From positions 109 through 64,108 of the forward strand of contig JBDRMS010000008.1 of assembly GCA_043811915.1 (NCBI GenBank): a DNA stretch of 64,000 nt. Direction: 5' to 3'. This DNA comes from a bacterium (lineage in GTDB: Bacteria; Patescibacteriota; Andersenbacteria; UBA10190). Each line of letters begins with the position of its first letter. The first letter of the stretch is position 1. Below are positions 48,464 to 59,387 of the stretch, in pieces. A model generated the notes under the pieces. That model had not been told where the DNA came from. It worked only from the letters and a program-made list of their open reading frames with translations, and did no database searches. The position numbers were made by a program, and so were the translations under genes.

Positions 48464-50518
48464 CTAGCGCACCGAAAAACGCAACAGGCGTTCCGAAAAC
48501 TTTACTTCCCCCACCCACAGAAAACTCCCGTCAAAAGCCAGGGCATTGGGCATAAACATCGAATCCCGCCCAATGGCCCGCGTTGTATCAACCAGATTTT
48601 TCTGTCCCAGAATAACATCTGGATTGCCGCCGCTGATGGCTTTTTCCACGTCGCGCCAAACCAGCACCCGATTCCCGCCGGAGTCGGCTATAAACAAGGA
48701 GCCGTCGTGCGCCAGCGCCGCGCCCGGCAAATTCAGACGCCAGCTGGAAGAAGCCAAGTAGTGCGGCATCGCCCGAGAACCATTTTTCTTGATATCCTCC
48801 ACCCGCCAAATGGCCACCCCGCCTCCAGGACGGTTCTGGCAGCAGGCCGCCGCCAAATATTCCCCGTCACTCGTCATTTTAAGCGAGTTTTCTACGCTAA
48901 GCGTGGCCACCGGATTTTTTGTGCTATCGGGCATGCCCTCCCAAACATAAATAGCATTTGCCTTCTGATCGCCCAGATAAAAATATTGCTCGTCCATGGC
49001 CACCCCCCGCAAATCCTGCCAACGCACATTGCCAGCGCCGCCTCGAATCTCCTCATCCGGCTTCTCGCCGTTTTTCGGCAGTTTGTCCCACACGGTCACG
49101 CTTTGCCGGCCAGCAATAACCAGCCTGTTTTCAAATAAGGCAATATCATCGCCCCCCATATCCTCATAAACAAAATCCGGATGAGCCCCGGACTCGTCCG
49201 GCAGTTTTTTCCACCCATAGAGCTTGCCATCGAAATCAGACAGGACATATAAGCTCTCGCCATCAGTGGCCGGCACCGGATTAGAAATAATAAACTCTGT
49301 CTCCAGCGTATTGGTATCAACATCCGGCGCGCCAATAGCGAAATCAGGTTTCGCGGTGCTGTTGGCCGGCATCTTATCAAACCCAACAATTTTATTGCCA
49401 TTGGCCAGCGACAGGTACAGCCGTCCGCCCGCCCAGGCCGACCCGGAGCCGTCTCCCCCTTGCAGATTTAATGTCCTGGCATTAGCAAAATCTCTGGCCT
49501 GCTGCGGAAATGCATCCCACACATATAGCTTGCTTCCTAAACCCAAAAATTTTCCGTCCGGCAAAAAGTTCATGCCCCAAAGTATTTCCCCCTGCGCCAA
49601 ATTCTTGTCCGCGGGAGATTCTTCACCCGACGGCATGGCCATAAAAAAGTCGTACGGCTCATTCTCTCGCGTCGGCCATTCAGACCAAAAAAACGTACCT
49701 TGGACATCGCCGTCCACACCGCCAGGCTTCGCGTTATGGTCAGAAATAGCCAAATGTTTACCATCACTGCCGATAGAGCGCGGCGTACCAAATTGCGGCA
49801 ACTTTAACACCAGATCAGCTGGTGTTTGGCTAACCTTCGGCCACTCATTCCAAATCAACACCTGCGCACCAGACGTGCTGGTAACGATTAGCTTCTCCCC
49901 ATTACTCCATGCCGCCCAGGGCCAGGCAATCCGTCCCCGCCGGTCAGCTCCCTCATCACCAAATCCTCCGAACACCAAATCAGCCGCCTCTCCGTTTTGC
50001 GTAGGGAATTCCTGCCACACCAGCACCCGGTGGTTCTGCGTATCACACACTATCAGCCACGTGCCATCGGTGGCCACGCATACCGGCCAGTTCAGCTCGT
50101 CCATGTTGCTGCCCGCCGCAATAGAATTAAAATCCTTCTGGCCAAGCACCAGGTCCGGCGGTTCATTACCGCGCGGCACCTCATTCCAAATCAGCACCCG
50201 GTTATTGTTGCGGTCCGCCAAAACCAATCGCTGGCCGTCCGACGCCAGGCTACCCGGATGATTGAACAGCAGCGGGCCGCCCGCGTCATCAAAATCAATC
50301 GCCGAAAGAACAATGTCTGCCTCTTGCCCGGTTGTAAACCAGCCTGTCGGTTTTTCTGCCACGCTGCGATACTTCACCCCGGTTCGAGTCACCGATTGCC
50401 CGTTGCCTATTAGTGAACCAAGTCGCACCACCGGGCTCAACTTCCACGCGGCATATCCCAGCGCCAATACCACGAACACTATGGCGGCATACGTACTCAA
50501 TTTTTTATCCGCGGGCAT
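48464..50518 (-). CDS. NHL-repeat beta-propeller protein with an N-terminal membrane anchor
   Basis: Repeated NNRVLIWNE..P...PDLVLGQ units (more than 8). N-terminal TM. High GC. Confidence 0.7.
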   Translation of the reverse strand: MPADKKLSTYAAIVFVVLALGYAAWKLSPVVRLGSLIGNGQSVTRTGVKYRSVAEKPTGWFTTGQEADIVLSAIDFDDAGGPLLFNHPGSLASDGQRLVLADRNNNRVLIWNEVPRGNEPPDLVLGQKDFNSIAAGSNMDELNWPVCVATDGTWLIVCDTQNHRVLVWQEFPTQNGEAADLVFGGFGDEGADRRGRIAWPWAAWSNGEKLIVTSTSGAQVLIWNEWPKVSQTPADLVLKLPQFGTPRSIGSDGKHLAISDHNAKPGGVDGDVQGTFFWSEWPTRENEPYDFFMAMPSGEESPADKNLAQGEILWGMNFLPDGKFLGLGSKLYVWDAFPQQARDFANARTLNLQGGDGSGSAWAGGRLYLSLANGNKIVGFDKMPANSTAKPDFAIGAPDVDTNTLETEFIISNPVPATDGESLYVLSDFDGKLYGWKKLPDESGAHPDFVYEDMGGDDIALFENRLVIAGRQSVTVWDKLPKNGEKPDEEIRGGAGNVRWQDLRGVAMDEQYFYLGDQKANAIYVWEGMPDSTKNPVATLSVENSLKMTSDGEYLAAACCQNRPGGGVAIWRVEDIKKNGSRAMPHYLASSSWRLNLPGAALAHDGSLFIADSGGNRVLVWRDVEKAISGGNPDVILGQKNLVDTTRAIGRDSMFMPNALAFDGSFLWVGEVKFSERLLRFSVR

Positions 50519-50580
50519 ACTCTACCATTCCCGCATACTACCATAACCTCATCAACTGCATTAGAATTATAATCAAACAT

Positions 50581-51480
50581 ATGGCCCCGGCTAAGAAAAA
50601 ACTCATCATCGTTGTTATCGTCATTATTTTCGTCCTTGTGTTATACAGCACAATTAAACGTAACAGCGTCACCCCAGACACCACCACCAAGCTCGGCAAC
50701 TTTGGCTCTGCCCCCCAGGCTATGATGGAAGAGCTGTCAGCCAGCCGCGCCATCGGCCTTTCCCCTATCCAGCCCGGCGGCACTGCCGACCTTGAAGACG
50801 TAACTAAAGAAGACCGCCTTATCATCCGCACTGCGGCCTTTTCCATAGTCAGCGCCAATGTGCAGGCCTCCGTTGACCAGCTCACCAGCTACGCCGCCTC
50901 CGCCGGCGGCTTTATTGCCAACGTCAATGTCACAAATCTGGAACGCTCCCCCTACGCCGTCGTTAACTTTCGCGTGCCTGCCGAACGCTTTGAAGAAACG
51001 CGCCAGCTCATCCGCTCCCTCGGCCTTAAAGTAGTAATTGAGGGCGTCACCGGCCAGGACATTACCGAACAGTATGTCGACACCGAAGCTCGTTTGAAGA
51101 ATCTGCGCGCCAGCGAAGAGCAGTTCCTCGCCATCATGAAACAAGCCGTCAAAGTGGAAGAAGTGCTGGCCGTCCAGCAGCAACTGGAGCGCGTGCGCGG
51201 CCAAATTGAACAAAGCCAGGGCCGCCTGCAATACCTGGAGCGCTCGGCTCTGCTGGCCACTTTCACCGTCACTATCTCCTCCGACGAAGAGGACCTGCCC
51301 ATCATTGACCCCGTCGACCGCTGGCGCCCGCTAGCCATCGCCAAGGAAGCCCTGCGCGCTCTGATCAAAACATTTCAGGGTCTTGGTACCAGACTAATCT
51401 GGCTGGTCATCTACGCTCCCATCTGGCTGCCTGTTCTGCTAATCGTCTGGCTTCTCTACCGTCGCCTCAATAAAGTATGA
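50581..51480 (+). CDS. DUF4349-like protein (N-terminal TM, coiled-coil ectodomain, C-terminal TM). Start taken at MAPAKKK
   Basis: Signal anchor LIIVVIVIIFVLVLY, a coiled-coil segment, and a C-terminal hydrophobic WLVIYAPIWLPVLLIVWLL. The longer ORF start at 50413 would overlap the divergent gene. Confidence 0.45.
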   Translation: MAPAKKKLIIVVIVIIFVLVLYSTIKRNSVTPDTTTKLGNFGSAPQAMMEELSASRAIGLSPIQPGGTADLEDVTKEDRLIIRTAAFSIVSANVQASVDQLTSYAASAGGFIANVNVTNLERSPYAVVNFRVPAERFEETRQLIRSLGLKVVIEGVTGQDITEQYVDTEARLKNLRASEEQFLAIMKQAVKVEEVLAVQQQLERVRGQIEQSQGRLQYLERSALLATFTVTISSDEEDLPIIDPVDRWRPLAIAKEALRALIKTFQGLGTRLIWLVIYAPIWLPVLLIVWLLYRRLNKV

Positions 51481-51628
51481 CCCAGCGTCTTTTTATTCTC
51501 CTGCTCATCCTCATTATTCTCATTGGCGCCATCTCTTATACTTCACGAGATAAGTTGTCACAGCTATGGCTAAATACCGTGGCCATCTCCTTAGACAATT
51601 CAGACAACCACCAACCAGCTTTTTGACA

Positions 51629-54271
51629 TCAAAAAGAGCCGGCCTCACTATTGCCTATCGCTGGCGCAAATTCTACTGACGGTATCAGATGACGTATTTC
51701 CCGCAAAACCCGACGATCTTCTTCTACTACGGGAGAAATGTTATATGGTTCCCCGGCATATAGCGCCCAGTTCCAAATAAATAGGCCGCTTACACTATTT
51801 GCTTGTGCCTCTTCTAAAACTTCCGCCAGCCAGTCACCACGGTCGTTTCTCCCCTCTCCATCACGCGCAAAACCTACTTCCCCGATAAACAAAGGCTTTG
51901 ACAGAGATCGCATATTGTCCGCCCAAGCTGCAATTACTTGCCTTAAATTCGCTTTACTGTTTGGGTCCAACAGGTACTTACAGTACAAATGCCCAGACGC
52001 AACATCAATATTATTAGAGCTGTTACCGACCGTTTGATCTGGTCCTGACATATCAGGATAAACTTCATCTATAAAGCCTTCCACTCCACTGATAATGAGG
52101 TGATTATTGTCTAAGCTTTTAACATATTCACCTAACTGATCCAGCCATTCCTGCACAATCTCCTGGTTAACCCGCTCGGCACTGCGCGGCTCATTCATAA
52201 GCTCCCAGGCCAATATAGTCGGATCGTTCTTATAAGGAATGCCGGTAACTCCAGACTCCCGATTGACGATTTTTTCCACATAGTTCCAATACAAACCCCG
52301 CGCAGCGGGATCAACAAAAAATTCATCCCGATCTTTTAGCTCGCCGCCCGGTTTACCTAACCAGCCTAAATAGTTCTTTACCCCCCCGTAATCGTTCCAG
52401 TAGTTACCCAGCACTGGTACTACTCGTACATTTTCGTCCTGAGCGATAGCCAGAAGAATATCTAATCTTGTCACCACGCTATCATCAATTTCGCCCGCGT
52501 TAGGCTGGATTGCCCCCGGGAAACCTTCGCCAAAGGCCCAAAACCGAATTACCGGAAACCCATAGTTTCTGGCCTGACGAATAGTCTCGCGCATATATTT
52601 TGGGCTTTGATACAGCAAATCGTATGAATTCACTCCCACAAACCGAAACGGCTGGCCTTTATAGTAAAGAATTTGTCCGTCGCTAACCACATAATCCGAT
52701 CGCCGGTAAATATTCAGAAATCTTCCCTGGTAAGCGATAGTATAATTTTGTTTAAACAACTCATTACCAGTCTTTATAAAGGCGTCATAAAGCGGATCGC
52801 CCACATCTCCGTTCATCATTACCACCCATTCCACCCGTGATGCGGGGTTTTCGAGTGATTCCTTCCACAAGGCGTCGGTTCCCTCATGCACAAATTGCTT
52901 CATTAAGACACCCGTTTCATACGCAAAAGCATTATGGTACGCCAGCGAGGCCATTACTAACTCATCTGCTTTTATCTGCCTGGCTAACCAATTAGCTTCC
53001 TGATCTACGACCAACGCGCTGGATCCTTTTGTGGCATCAGTCAGGGTGACAATATCAGAGGATGCCAACGAATAAGTTGCTTGTCCCAGCAACAACAATA
53101 CTACGATGATCTGCCATTTCTTCCGCCTCAAGAAGTAAGTGCCCCAAATAGCTGCCGCCGGCAGCATGACCAGTCCATACCGCACATTAAACCACGCGCT
53201 GGCTGGATCTTTAGGGTCAGACAAACCCAGCTCTGGTACCATTAAAATACTCTGCCCGCGATACAAGGCTAGTACATGAAAGAAAAAAGGTGACAATAAC
53301 ACTGTTATGGGCAAGAGTGATTTCCATTCTTTAAGAGGCCATTTTCCCGGCCAGACAACCAGACCGATAATCAACAAGGCTATGGTTACCAACCCCATAT
53401 TATCAAATGTTGCCCAACTATATGCCCTTAGCGAAAGCGGCAGATTATGAATCGTGTATAGTTTGCCACTAGCTGCAATAACTGCCTGCTGTGCCCTTGC
53501 TGAATAAGGCCCGTTGGCAAAAAATAGCGGGTCACCGTAAATGGCAAAGTTCCAGCTCAGCCAGAAAACCACTCCGGCAAAAGCCAAAGTCAAAAACATC
53601 AGCAACAAAGCCCCTGCCTGTTCTATCGATACTGCTTTTTGCCGCACCCAACTAACCAGCACAGTAATCACCACCGCTGTCACCCACAACAATAAAAACC
53701 AGCCATCGTACCTGGTTAAAGTAGCTCCTACACACGATAAGGCAGTAGCAGTTAACCACCACGGGTCTTGCACCGTTACCCAACGCACCAAACAGTAAGC
53801 GGTTAAAATGAAGAACATGAGCAGTAAAAGCTCTGACATAGGAACGCTTTGCATATACCAAGCGTTAACATTCAACAAAAACACCAAAGCGGCCAAAAGC
53901 CCGACACTGCGCTTCCCTGCAACCAACTCGCCCAAAGCAAAAATGCCTATCCCGGCTATGACATAACTAATCATAGAAACAATGGCTCCAGCCAAACCGC
54001 TTTGCCACCAAACCCGACTCCAGACAAACGGCAACATCAGCCAGTGCTGCAAAGGTAGCCATACACCACCCAGTTGAGCCAATCCCGGCTTTTGGTTATC
54101 AAACACTAGCCTTGCTAAATTCAAATGCGAACGAGCATCGTTATAAGTAGTAACCACTCCCAGATTCGCGAAGTACCAAGTGCCGGCCACCGACAACACC
54201 ACTGCTAAAAACATAACTAGGATGTATGGTTTAATGTCTATTCCCCTTATTGCTGCCAGAAAATTCATCAT
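51629..54271 (-). CDS. Fusion protein with an N-terminal polytopic membrane domain (GT-C-like) and a C-terminal glycoside hydrolase family 5 (mannanase/cellulase-like) domain
   Basis: More than 12 TM segments over about 430 aa. The C-terminal domain has the WELMNEPR catalytic acid motif and the LFIGEVG nucleophile motif of GH5. Confidence 0.7.
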   Translation of the reverse strand: MMNFLAAIRGIDIKPYILVMFLAVVLSVAGTWYFANLGVVTTYNDARSHLNLARLVFDNQKPGLAQLGGVWLPLQHWLMLPFVWSRVWWQSGLAGAIVSMISYVIAGIGIFALGELVAGKRSVGLLAALVFLLNVNAWYMQSVPMSELLLLMFFILTAYCLVRWVTVQDPWWLTATALSCVGATLTRYDGWFLLLWVTAVVITVLVSWVRQKAVSIEQAGALLLMFLTLAFAGVVFWLSWNFAIYGDPLFFANGPYSARAQQAVIAASGKLYTIHNLPLSLRAYSWATFDNMGLVTIALLIIGLVVWPGKWPLKEWKSLLPITVLLSPFFFHVLALYRGQSILMVPELGLSDPKDPASAWFNVRYGLVMLPAAAIWGTYFLRRKKWQIIVVLLLLGQATYSLASSDIVTLTDATKGSSALVVDQEANWLARQIKADELVMASLAYHNAFAYETGVLMKQFVHEGTDALWKESLENPASRVEWVVMMNGDVGDPLYDAFIKTGNELFKQNYTIAYQGRFLNIYRRSDYVVSDGQILYYKGQPFRFVGVNSYDLLYQSPKYMRETIRQARNYGFPVIRFWAFGEGFPGAIQPNAGEIDDSVVTRLDILLAIAQDENVRVVPVLGNYWNDYGGVKNYLGWLGKPGGELKDRDEFFVDPAARGLYWNYVEKIVNRESGVTGIPYKNDPTILAWELMNEPRSAERVNQEIVQEWLDQLGEYVKSLDNNHLIISGVEGFIDEVYPDMSGPDQTVGNSSNNIDVASGHLYCKYLLDPNSKANLRQVIAAWADNMRSLSKPLFIGEVGFARDGEGRNDRGDWLAEVLEEAQANSVSGLFIWNWALYAGEPYNISPVVEEDRRVLREIRHLIPSVEFAPAIGNSEAGSF

Positions 54272-54277
54272 GCCTGT

Positions 54278-56494
54278 TTAATTAAATTTCACTGCTCTTT
54301 TTAAAGGAACAAGCCAGGACGCCTTTGGCCGCACAGACAAACCGTGCCGTGTCTTTTCCCAATAATGCGGCTTTACTATTAGTTGCCACATCCCATACCA
54401 GCCAGCCACACTCATTAGCAGCCAATAAAACGGGATAACAAACGTGTACTTAACCATCCACCACTGTTTAGTTTTGATCGCCGCCAACATATGCGAGTAG
54501 AAATACAGAAAATTACCAACAATCATAGTAAAACTCCCGATATAACCAATCGGCCCCGAGAATAAAAGTTTAGTCACCGGCTCAATCAAGCGCGGCTCCA
54601 AGAAATAACCGAGCGTTAGCAGCCAGAATATTGGATTAACAAAAAGCGAGAAGACCTTATGAACAAATACTAAAATAAAAATCAAAAACTTGTCCCACCC
54701 TTGCTGCACTATGGCATCAATGTCACGCCAGGCCACCAACTGCGTCTGCGCATATCCCTTAATCCAACGCGACCTTTGTCTTAACCAGTTTCCTAATTGG
54801 CTGTTAGCCTCCTCGTGGGTGCTAGAATCAATAATAGCCGTGCGGTAGCCCAAGCTAAACAAACGAATGCCCAAATCACAGTCCTCTGTGACATTGAACG
54901 GATCCCAGCCAGATAATTCATTCAGTACCTCTCGACGAAAATGATTCGAGGTACCACCTAGTGGAATAGGTGCATGCAAAGCATACAGCCCAGGCAACAC
55001 TACACCGAACCACAGGTTGTACTCGGCCGCAAATAAACAAGTCAACAGATTCTGCCTGGCGTTGTAATAATCCAACCGCGCTTGCATACAAACCACTTCT
55101 GGATCAACTTTTTGAAAAGCTAAATAAGCCTTTTTTAGTTGGTCTCGTTCTGGTATATCCTCCGCGTCAAATATAACCACATAGTCTCCCCTGGCATAGG
55201 CCAGGCCGTAATTACACGCTTTTGGTTTGGTTTTTGGCTGGCCGTCAGGTACCACCCTAACTTTGATATGTGCCGGCAAACGCATTTGATTAATAACCTT
55301 TTTTGTAAGATTATCATCCTCCTCAACCAACAACTGCACATCTAACTTGTCCGCTGGCCAATCAATTTCCATCATAGCTTTCACAAACTGTTCCACCACT
55401 TCTGGTTCCTTATAAAGAGGGCATAAAATCGAATAAACCGGCAAGTGTTCATCTACTAACACATCCATCTCCCCTCGCCCTATCGATATCTCCGGTGATG
55501 TGGCTAGGCTTTTTATCGACAACAAAAACATAAAAATAACATCCAGTAAATAAACCAATGAAATAATTCCCACCAGACTCACCAAGGCTAATTGCCAGTT
55601 TGCTAGAAAAGCCACCAATAAACCGGCAAAAAACAACAGCAGTATTAATATTTGCTGTCTATTAAACCGTTTAAAAGCAGATTGATTGGACGGCAAAAAA
55701 TTGTGAGTGATAAATTTTTTATCTTTATACAATACGCCGTTACCCGCCTGGCGTGGCTGATCTTTATCCACCACAGACAACGGTGACAGCCCACGCAGCT
55801 TTAACCAGATCGCTTCCTTCACCATTGCCAAACCATCAGCAAAAAGCCTAATCTTGCTCACTCCTTTTTCCCGTTCATAAAAAATAATGTCCTGCTCGGC
55901 TATTCGCGCGCCCGCATACTTGACATGCCACAAAAAAGGTAAATCAAAACTCCATGGCCCAGTAGGCAACATTGCCGCCGGCAAAAACTCGCTAGTAAAC
56001 ATTTTTAGCCCCGATTGAGTATCATAGATCAGACCAAAGAGAAGCTTCGTAATCAGCTTGTTATATAGCTTGGAGGTCAACTGACGGGAAGCTTTTTGGA
56101 CCCACTCCTTTCTTCTTGTTACCACTATGTCTGCCTCTCCTGTTTTGATCCGCTCAAACATAGCCCCTAAATCTTCCGGGTGATACTGTAAATCCGCATC
56201 AATAAAAGCCAGCACCGGATATCTCGCCACTGCAAACCCCTCTCTTAGCGACTGCGCTTTACCCTTTTCTCCTTGCTTAGTTAAAACCTGTATCGGATAG
56301 CACTCGGTTAGTTTCTGCGCAATTTCTTTTGAATTATCAGTTGAGTGATCATCAACAATAATAGCTTCCCAGCCACATCTCCAAGATAATGTCTTATGAA
56401 CACGCTCTATTAGATCAGTCAAGGTTTCCGCTTCATTATAAACTGGAATCACTATACTTACTCCCTGGACTGATCTGACCGTTGTATCTTTCAT
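54278..56494 (-). CDS. Double glycosyltransferase family 2 fusion: an N-terminal DPM-synthase-like GT2, TM helices, then a processive-type GT2 with a QxxRW motif
   Basis: VSIVIPVYNE..DDHSTDNS (GT2 number 1). VVIFDAEDIPE ... QRSRWIKG (GT2 number 2, of the cellulose/chitin/hyaluronan synthase type). Several TM segments. Confidence 0.75.
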   Translation of the reverse strand: MKDTTVRSVQGVSIVIPVYNEAETLTDLIERVHKTLSWRCGWEAIIVDDHSTDNSKEIAQKLTECYPIQVLTKQGEKGKAQSLREGFAVARYPVLAFIDADLQYHPEDLGAMFERIKTGEADIVVTRRKEWVQKASRQLTSKLYNKLITKLLFGLIYDTQSGLKMFTSEFLPAAMLPTGPWSFDLPFLWHVKYAGARIAEQDIIFYEREKGVSKIRLFADGLAMVKEAIWLKLRGLSPLSVVDKDQPRQAGNGVLYKDKKFITHNFLPSNQSAFKRFNRQQILILLLFFAGLLVAFLANWQLALVSLVGIISLVYLLDVIFMFLLSIKSLATSPEISIGRGEMDVLVDEHLPVYSILCPLYKEPEVVEQFVKAMMEIDWPADKLDVQLLVEEDDNLTKKVINQMRLPAHIKVRVVPDGQPKTKPKACNYGLAYARGDYVVIFDAEDIPERDQLKKAYLAFQKVDPEVVCMQARLDYYNARQNLLTCLFAAEYNLWFGVVLPGLYALHAPIPLGGTSNHFRREVLNELSGWDPFNVTEDCDLGIRLFSLGYRTAIIDSSTHEEANSQLGNWLRQRSRWIKGYAQTQLVAWRDIDAIVQQGWDKFLIFILVFVHKVFSLFVNPIFWLLTLGYFLEPRLIEPVTKLLFSGPIGYIGSFTMIVGNFLYFYSHMLAAIKTKQWWMVKYTFVIPFYWLLMSVAGWYGMWQLIVKPHYWEKTRHGLSVRPKASWLVPLKRAVKFN

Positions 56495-56634
56495 AATCCT
56501 ACCCCGCCATTAAAGGCTTATTTTTCAGCTTCTGCGCCGTATTTACCTCTAAGCCTTCTACGCAAATTCTCTCTTTAAACATAAAAAACGGGTTATTAAA
56601 ATAACCCGTCATTATGCCTAAGTACCAAATTCTG

Positions 56635-59382
56635 TCAACCCCCCCCTATACTTTCTTTCATCTCCTGCCAGTTTTTGCCTATTGCTACATCCGCTACCAA
56701 TGGCACATCAAGTGTATAAACTCCCTCCATAACTTCTTTCATCATTCGTGCCAGCTTCCCGGCTTGATCCATCGGGACCTCACACACCAGCTCGTCGTGC
56801 ACCGTCAGCACCATTTTCGCTTCAGGAAAATCTCTCTCCAACCGCTCATGCAAAGCAATCATCGCTTTCTTTAAAATATCAGCCACCGTGCCCTGCAGGG
56901 GAAAATTAAACGCCGCCCGCGCCGCCGCGGAGGCTACCTCCGGCGCCCGCGCGTTAATCTCCGGCACGTACCTCTTGCGCCCGAATAAAGTTTCCACAAA
57001 CTCCATTTCCCGCGCCTGCTCCAACACCTCGCCTATATAATTTGTTAGCCCTTTGTATTCATCCTGATACCGGCCAATAAACGAGCGAGCTTCCTCTACA
57101 CTCACTCCCGCCGCCCTGGCAAAAGCCTGCGGCCCCATTCCGTACAATACGCCGAAGTTGAGCGTCTTGGCTACCCGTCGCTGCTTATCCGTAACTTTTT
57201 TTGGATCTATACCAAACACCCGGGCCGCCGTACTGCTATGAATATCCTCCCTTGCCCGAAACGCATCCAGTAATTTTTCATCCCGCGACAAATGCGCCGC
57301 CAGCCGCAGCTCCACCTGTGAATAGTCAGCCTTCACTAATCTATTACCACGCTCTGCCGTAAAAGCGCTGCGAATCTCCTGCCCCAACTCCGTGCGCACC
57401 GGTATGTTCTGTAAATTCGGATCAGAAGAAGAAAGCCGTCCCGTCGCCGTTACCGTCTGATTAAACGAGGTATAAATCCGTCCTGTCTCCTTATCCACTA
57501 ATGCCGGCAGGGCTTCTATGTAAGTGTTAAGCAGCTTATTCAATTCTCGATATTCCTCCAATGAACCGATAACCGGGTGCGCCTCTCTAAGTTTTTCGAG
57601 CTCTGCCGCCGCCGTTGAATATCCCGTTTGCGTACGTGATATACCCTCTGTCGGCAACTTCAGTTTCTTGTATAAAATCTCCCGCAACTGCTGCGTTGAA
57701 TTAATATTGAACTTCTCGCTCGCCTCCTTCCATATTCTTTCTTTCAACATACTCAATCGCCGCCGCACCTTGTTCTGTAATTTCATCATGACCTCCACAT
57801 CCAGCCGCACTCCACAGAGTTCCATGTCGGCTAGCACCGCAATCAAAGGCAGTTCCAGTTCTTCCAACACCCGCGTCAATCCCTCATCTTTTATACGCGG
57901 GGCAAGGATCTCATACAGCCTCCACGCCAGCTCCGCATCCTCACAGGCATAATTAGCCAGCAGGGCCAGCGGCACCTGTGACATTTTCTTCTGCTCCTTC
58001 CCCTTTTTACCTATCAAGTCGGTTATGGGAATAGAATGATGTCCCAACTCCTGCACCGCCAGCGTATCCAGACCATGTTGACGCGCCCCCGGGTGCAGCA
58101 AATAGCTGGCAATCATCGAATCAAAAACAATTGGTTTCAAATTAATATCCGATTGAGTCAGAACTTCTGCGTCATATTTCAGATTGTGCCCCGTTTTGCC
58201 CACTTTCTTGTCCTCCAATAGTTTTTTCCATTCTTTCACAGTCTCCGGCGTCACCGGCACATACCACGCCTCTACTTTTCTAGCCTCCTGTTTACCTTGA
58301 GCTTGTCGAAGGGCGAAACTCATTCCTACGATTGGGTATTGCCGCGCCCCCAGCCAATCTGTCTCCGTATCAAAGGCAATTATCTCTTCCTTGGCTAATC
58401 GTTTTTTTAAATCCTCCCGGTCTTCTTTACTCTCCACTAAATGATAATTATCCTGTAAAATGCACTTCCTCTCTTTGGAGGTACGTGTAAATAACGTTGG
58501 TTGCATCTCCCCTTTTGCACTCTTTGGCAAACGTTGCATGAGACTCTTTAGTTCCAGGCGCTCAAATAACGCCATCACTTCTGCTGTGTCATAATCAGTC
58601 ATCACCGCATCATCTAAATTAAACTCAATCTTAACGTCGCGCCTGACAGTTGCCAGCTTCCGGCTAAACAAGGTCTCTTTCTTTTTCCCCTTAAGCCGGC
58701 TCCGCACCCTGGGCGATAATTTATCTAAATTTTTATATATATCTTCTATCGAGCCATACTTGACTACCAACTCCTTTGCTGTCTTTTCTCCTACTCCGGC
58801 CAGGCCCGGAATGTTGTCCGACGGATCCCCCCGCAATCCCTTATAGTCAACCATTAAGCGCGGCTCAAACCCAAACCTTTCCCTTACCGCCGCCTCGTCA
58901 TACATCACCGTATCCGTTACTCCACGCTTCAAAGTAAACACACTGGTAGATTTGTCCACCAGCTGCAACGCATCCAGGTCACCCGTTACAATAATCTTGT
59001 CAACCTCGCCATCAATTTCAGTTACCAGCGTGCCAATAATATCGTCGGCCTCAAAACCCTTTCTTTGCATAACCGGGACATTAAAAGCCTTCAACACATC
59101 CCTCACCAGGTCGAATTGAGTTATCAGCTCCGCCGCCGCCTCTTTTCTATGCGCCTTGTAATCCGCAAACTCTTTGTGCCTGAAAGTAGGCCCTTTCATA
59201 TCAAACGCCGCCACCACGTGAGTCGGCTTCAGCGCCGTTAATATTTTAAGTAACATCATCACAAAACCATACACCGCCCCCGTCGGTAATCCGTCCCGCG
59301 TGCTCATCGGCGGCAAGGCATGATACGCCCGGTGAATAAGCGCATGCGCGTCTATCAACGCCAGTTTTAATTTCTTAGCCAT
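56635..59382 (-). CDS. polA: DNA polymerase I (5'-3' exonuclease, 3'-5' exonuclease-like and polymerase domains)
   Basis: Full-length PolA conservation, including the RRVAKTLNFGVLYG motif and the C-terminal VHDELV. Confidence 0.95.
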   Translation of the reverse strand: MAKKLKLALIDAHALIHRAYHALPPMSTRDGLPTGAVYGFVMMLLKILTALKPTHVVAAFDMKGPTFRHKEFADYKAHRKEAAAELITQFDLVRDVLKAFNVPVMQRKGFEADDIIGTLVTEIDGEVDKIIVTGDLDALQLVDKSTSVFTLKRGVTDTVMYDEAAVRERFGFEPRLMVDYKGLRGDPSDNIPGLAGVGEKTAKELVVKYGSIEDIYKNLDKLSPRVRSRLKGKKKETLFSRKLATVRRDVKIEFNLDDAVMTDYDTAEVMALFERLELKSLMQRLPKSAKGEMQPTLFTRTSKERKCILQDNYHLVESKEDREDLKKRLAKEEIIAFDTETDWLGARQYPIVGMSFALRQAQGKQEARKVEAWYVPVTPETVKEWKKLLEDKKVGKTGHNLKYDAEVLTQSDINLKPIVFDSMIASYLLHPGARQHGLDTLAVQELGHHSIPITDLIGKKGKEQKKMSQVPLALLANYACEDAELAWRLYEILAPRIKDEGLTRVLEELELPLIAVLADMELCGVRLDVEVMMKLQNKVRRRLSMLKERIWKEASEKFNINSTQQLREILYKKLKLPTEGISRTQTGYSTAAAELEKLREAHPVIGSLEEYRELNKLLNTYIEALPALVDKETGRIYTSFNQTVTATGRLSSSDPNLQNIPVRTELGQEIRSAFTAERGNRLVKADYSQVELRLAAHLSRDEKLLDAFRAREDIHSSTAARVFGIDPKKVTDKQRRVAKTLNFGVLYGMGPQAFARAAGVSVEEARSFIGRYQDEYKGLTNYIGEVLEQAREMEFVETLFGRKRYVPEINARAPEVASAAARAAFNFPLQGTVADILKKAMIALHERLERDFPEAKMVLTVHDELVCEVPMDQAGKLARMMKEVMEGVYTLDVPLVADVAIGKNWQEMKESIGGG

Positions 59383-59387
59383 TCTCT

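Noticed and set aside
50413-50580. A long upstream start for the DUF4349-like gene
   Set aside because: It would overlap the divergent NHL gene start by more than 100 nt. The signal-anchor Met at 50581 is the plausible start.
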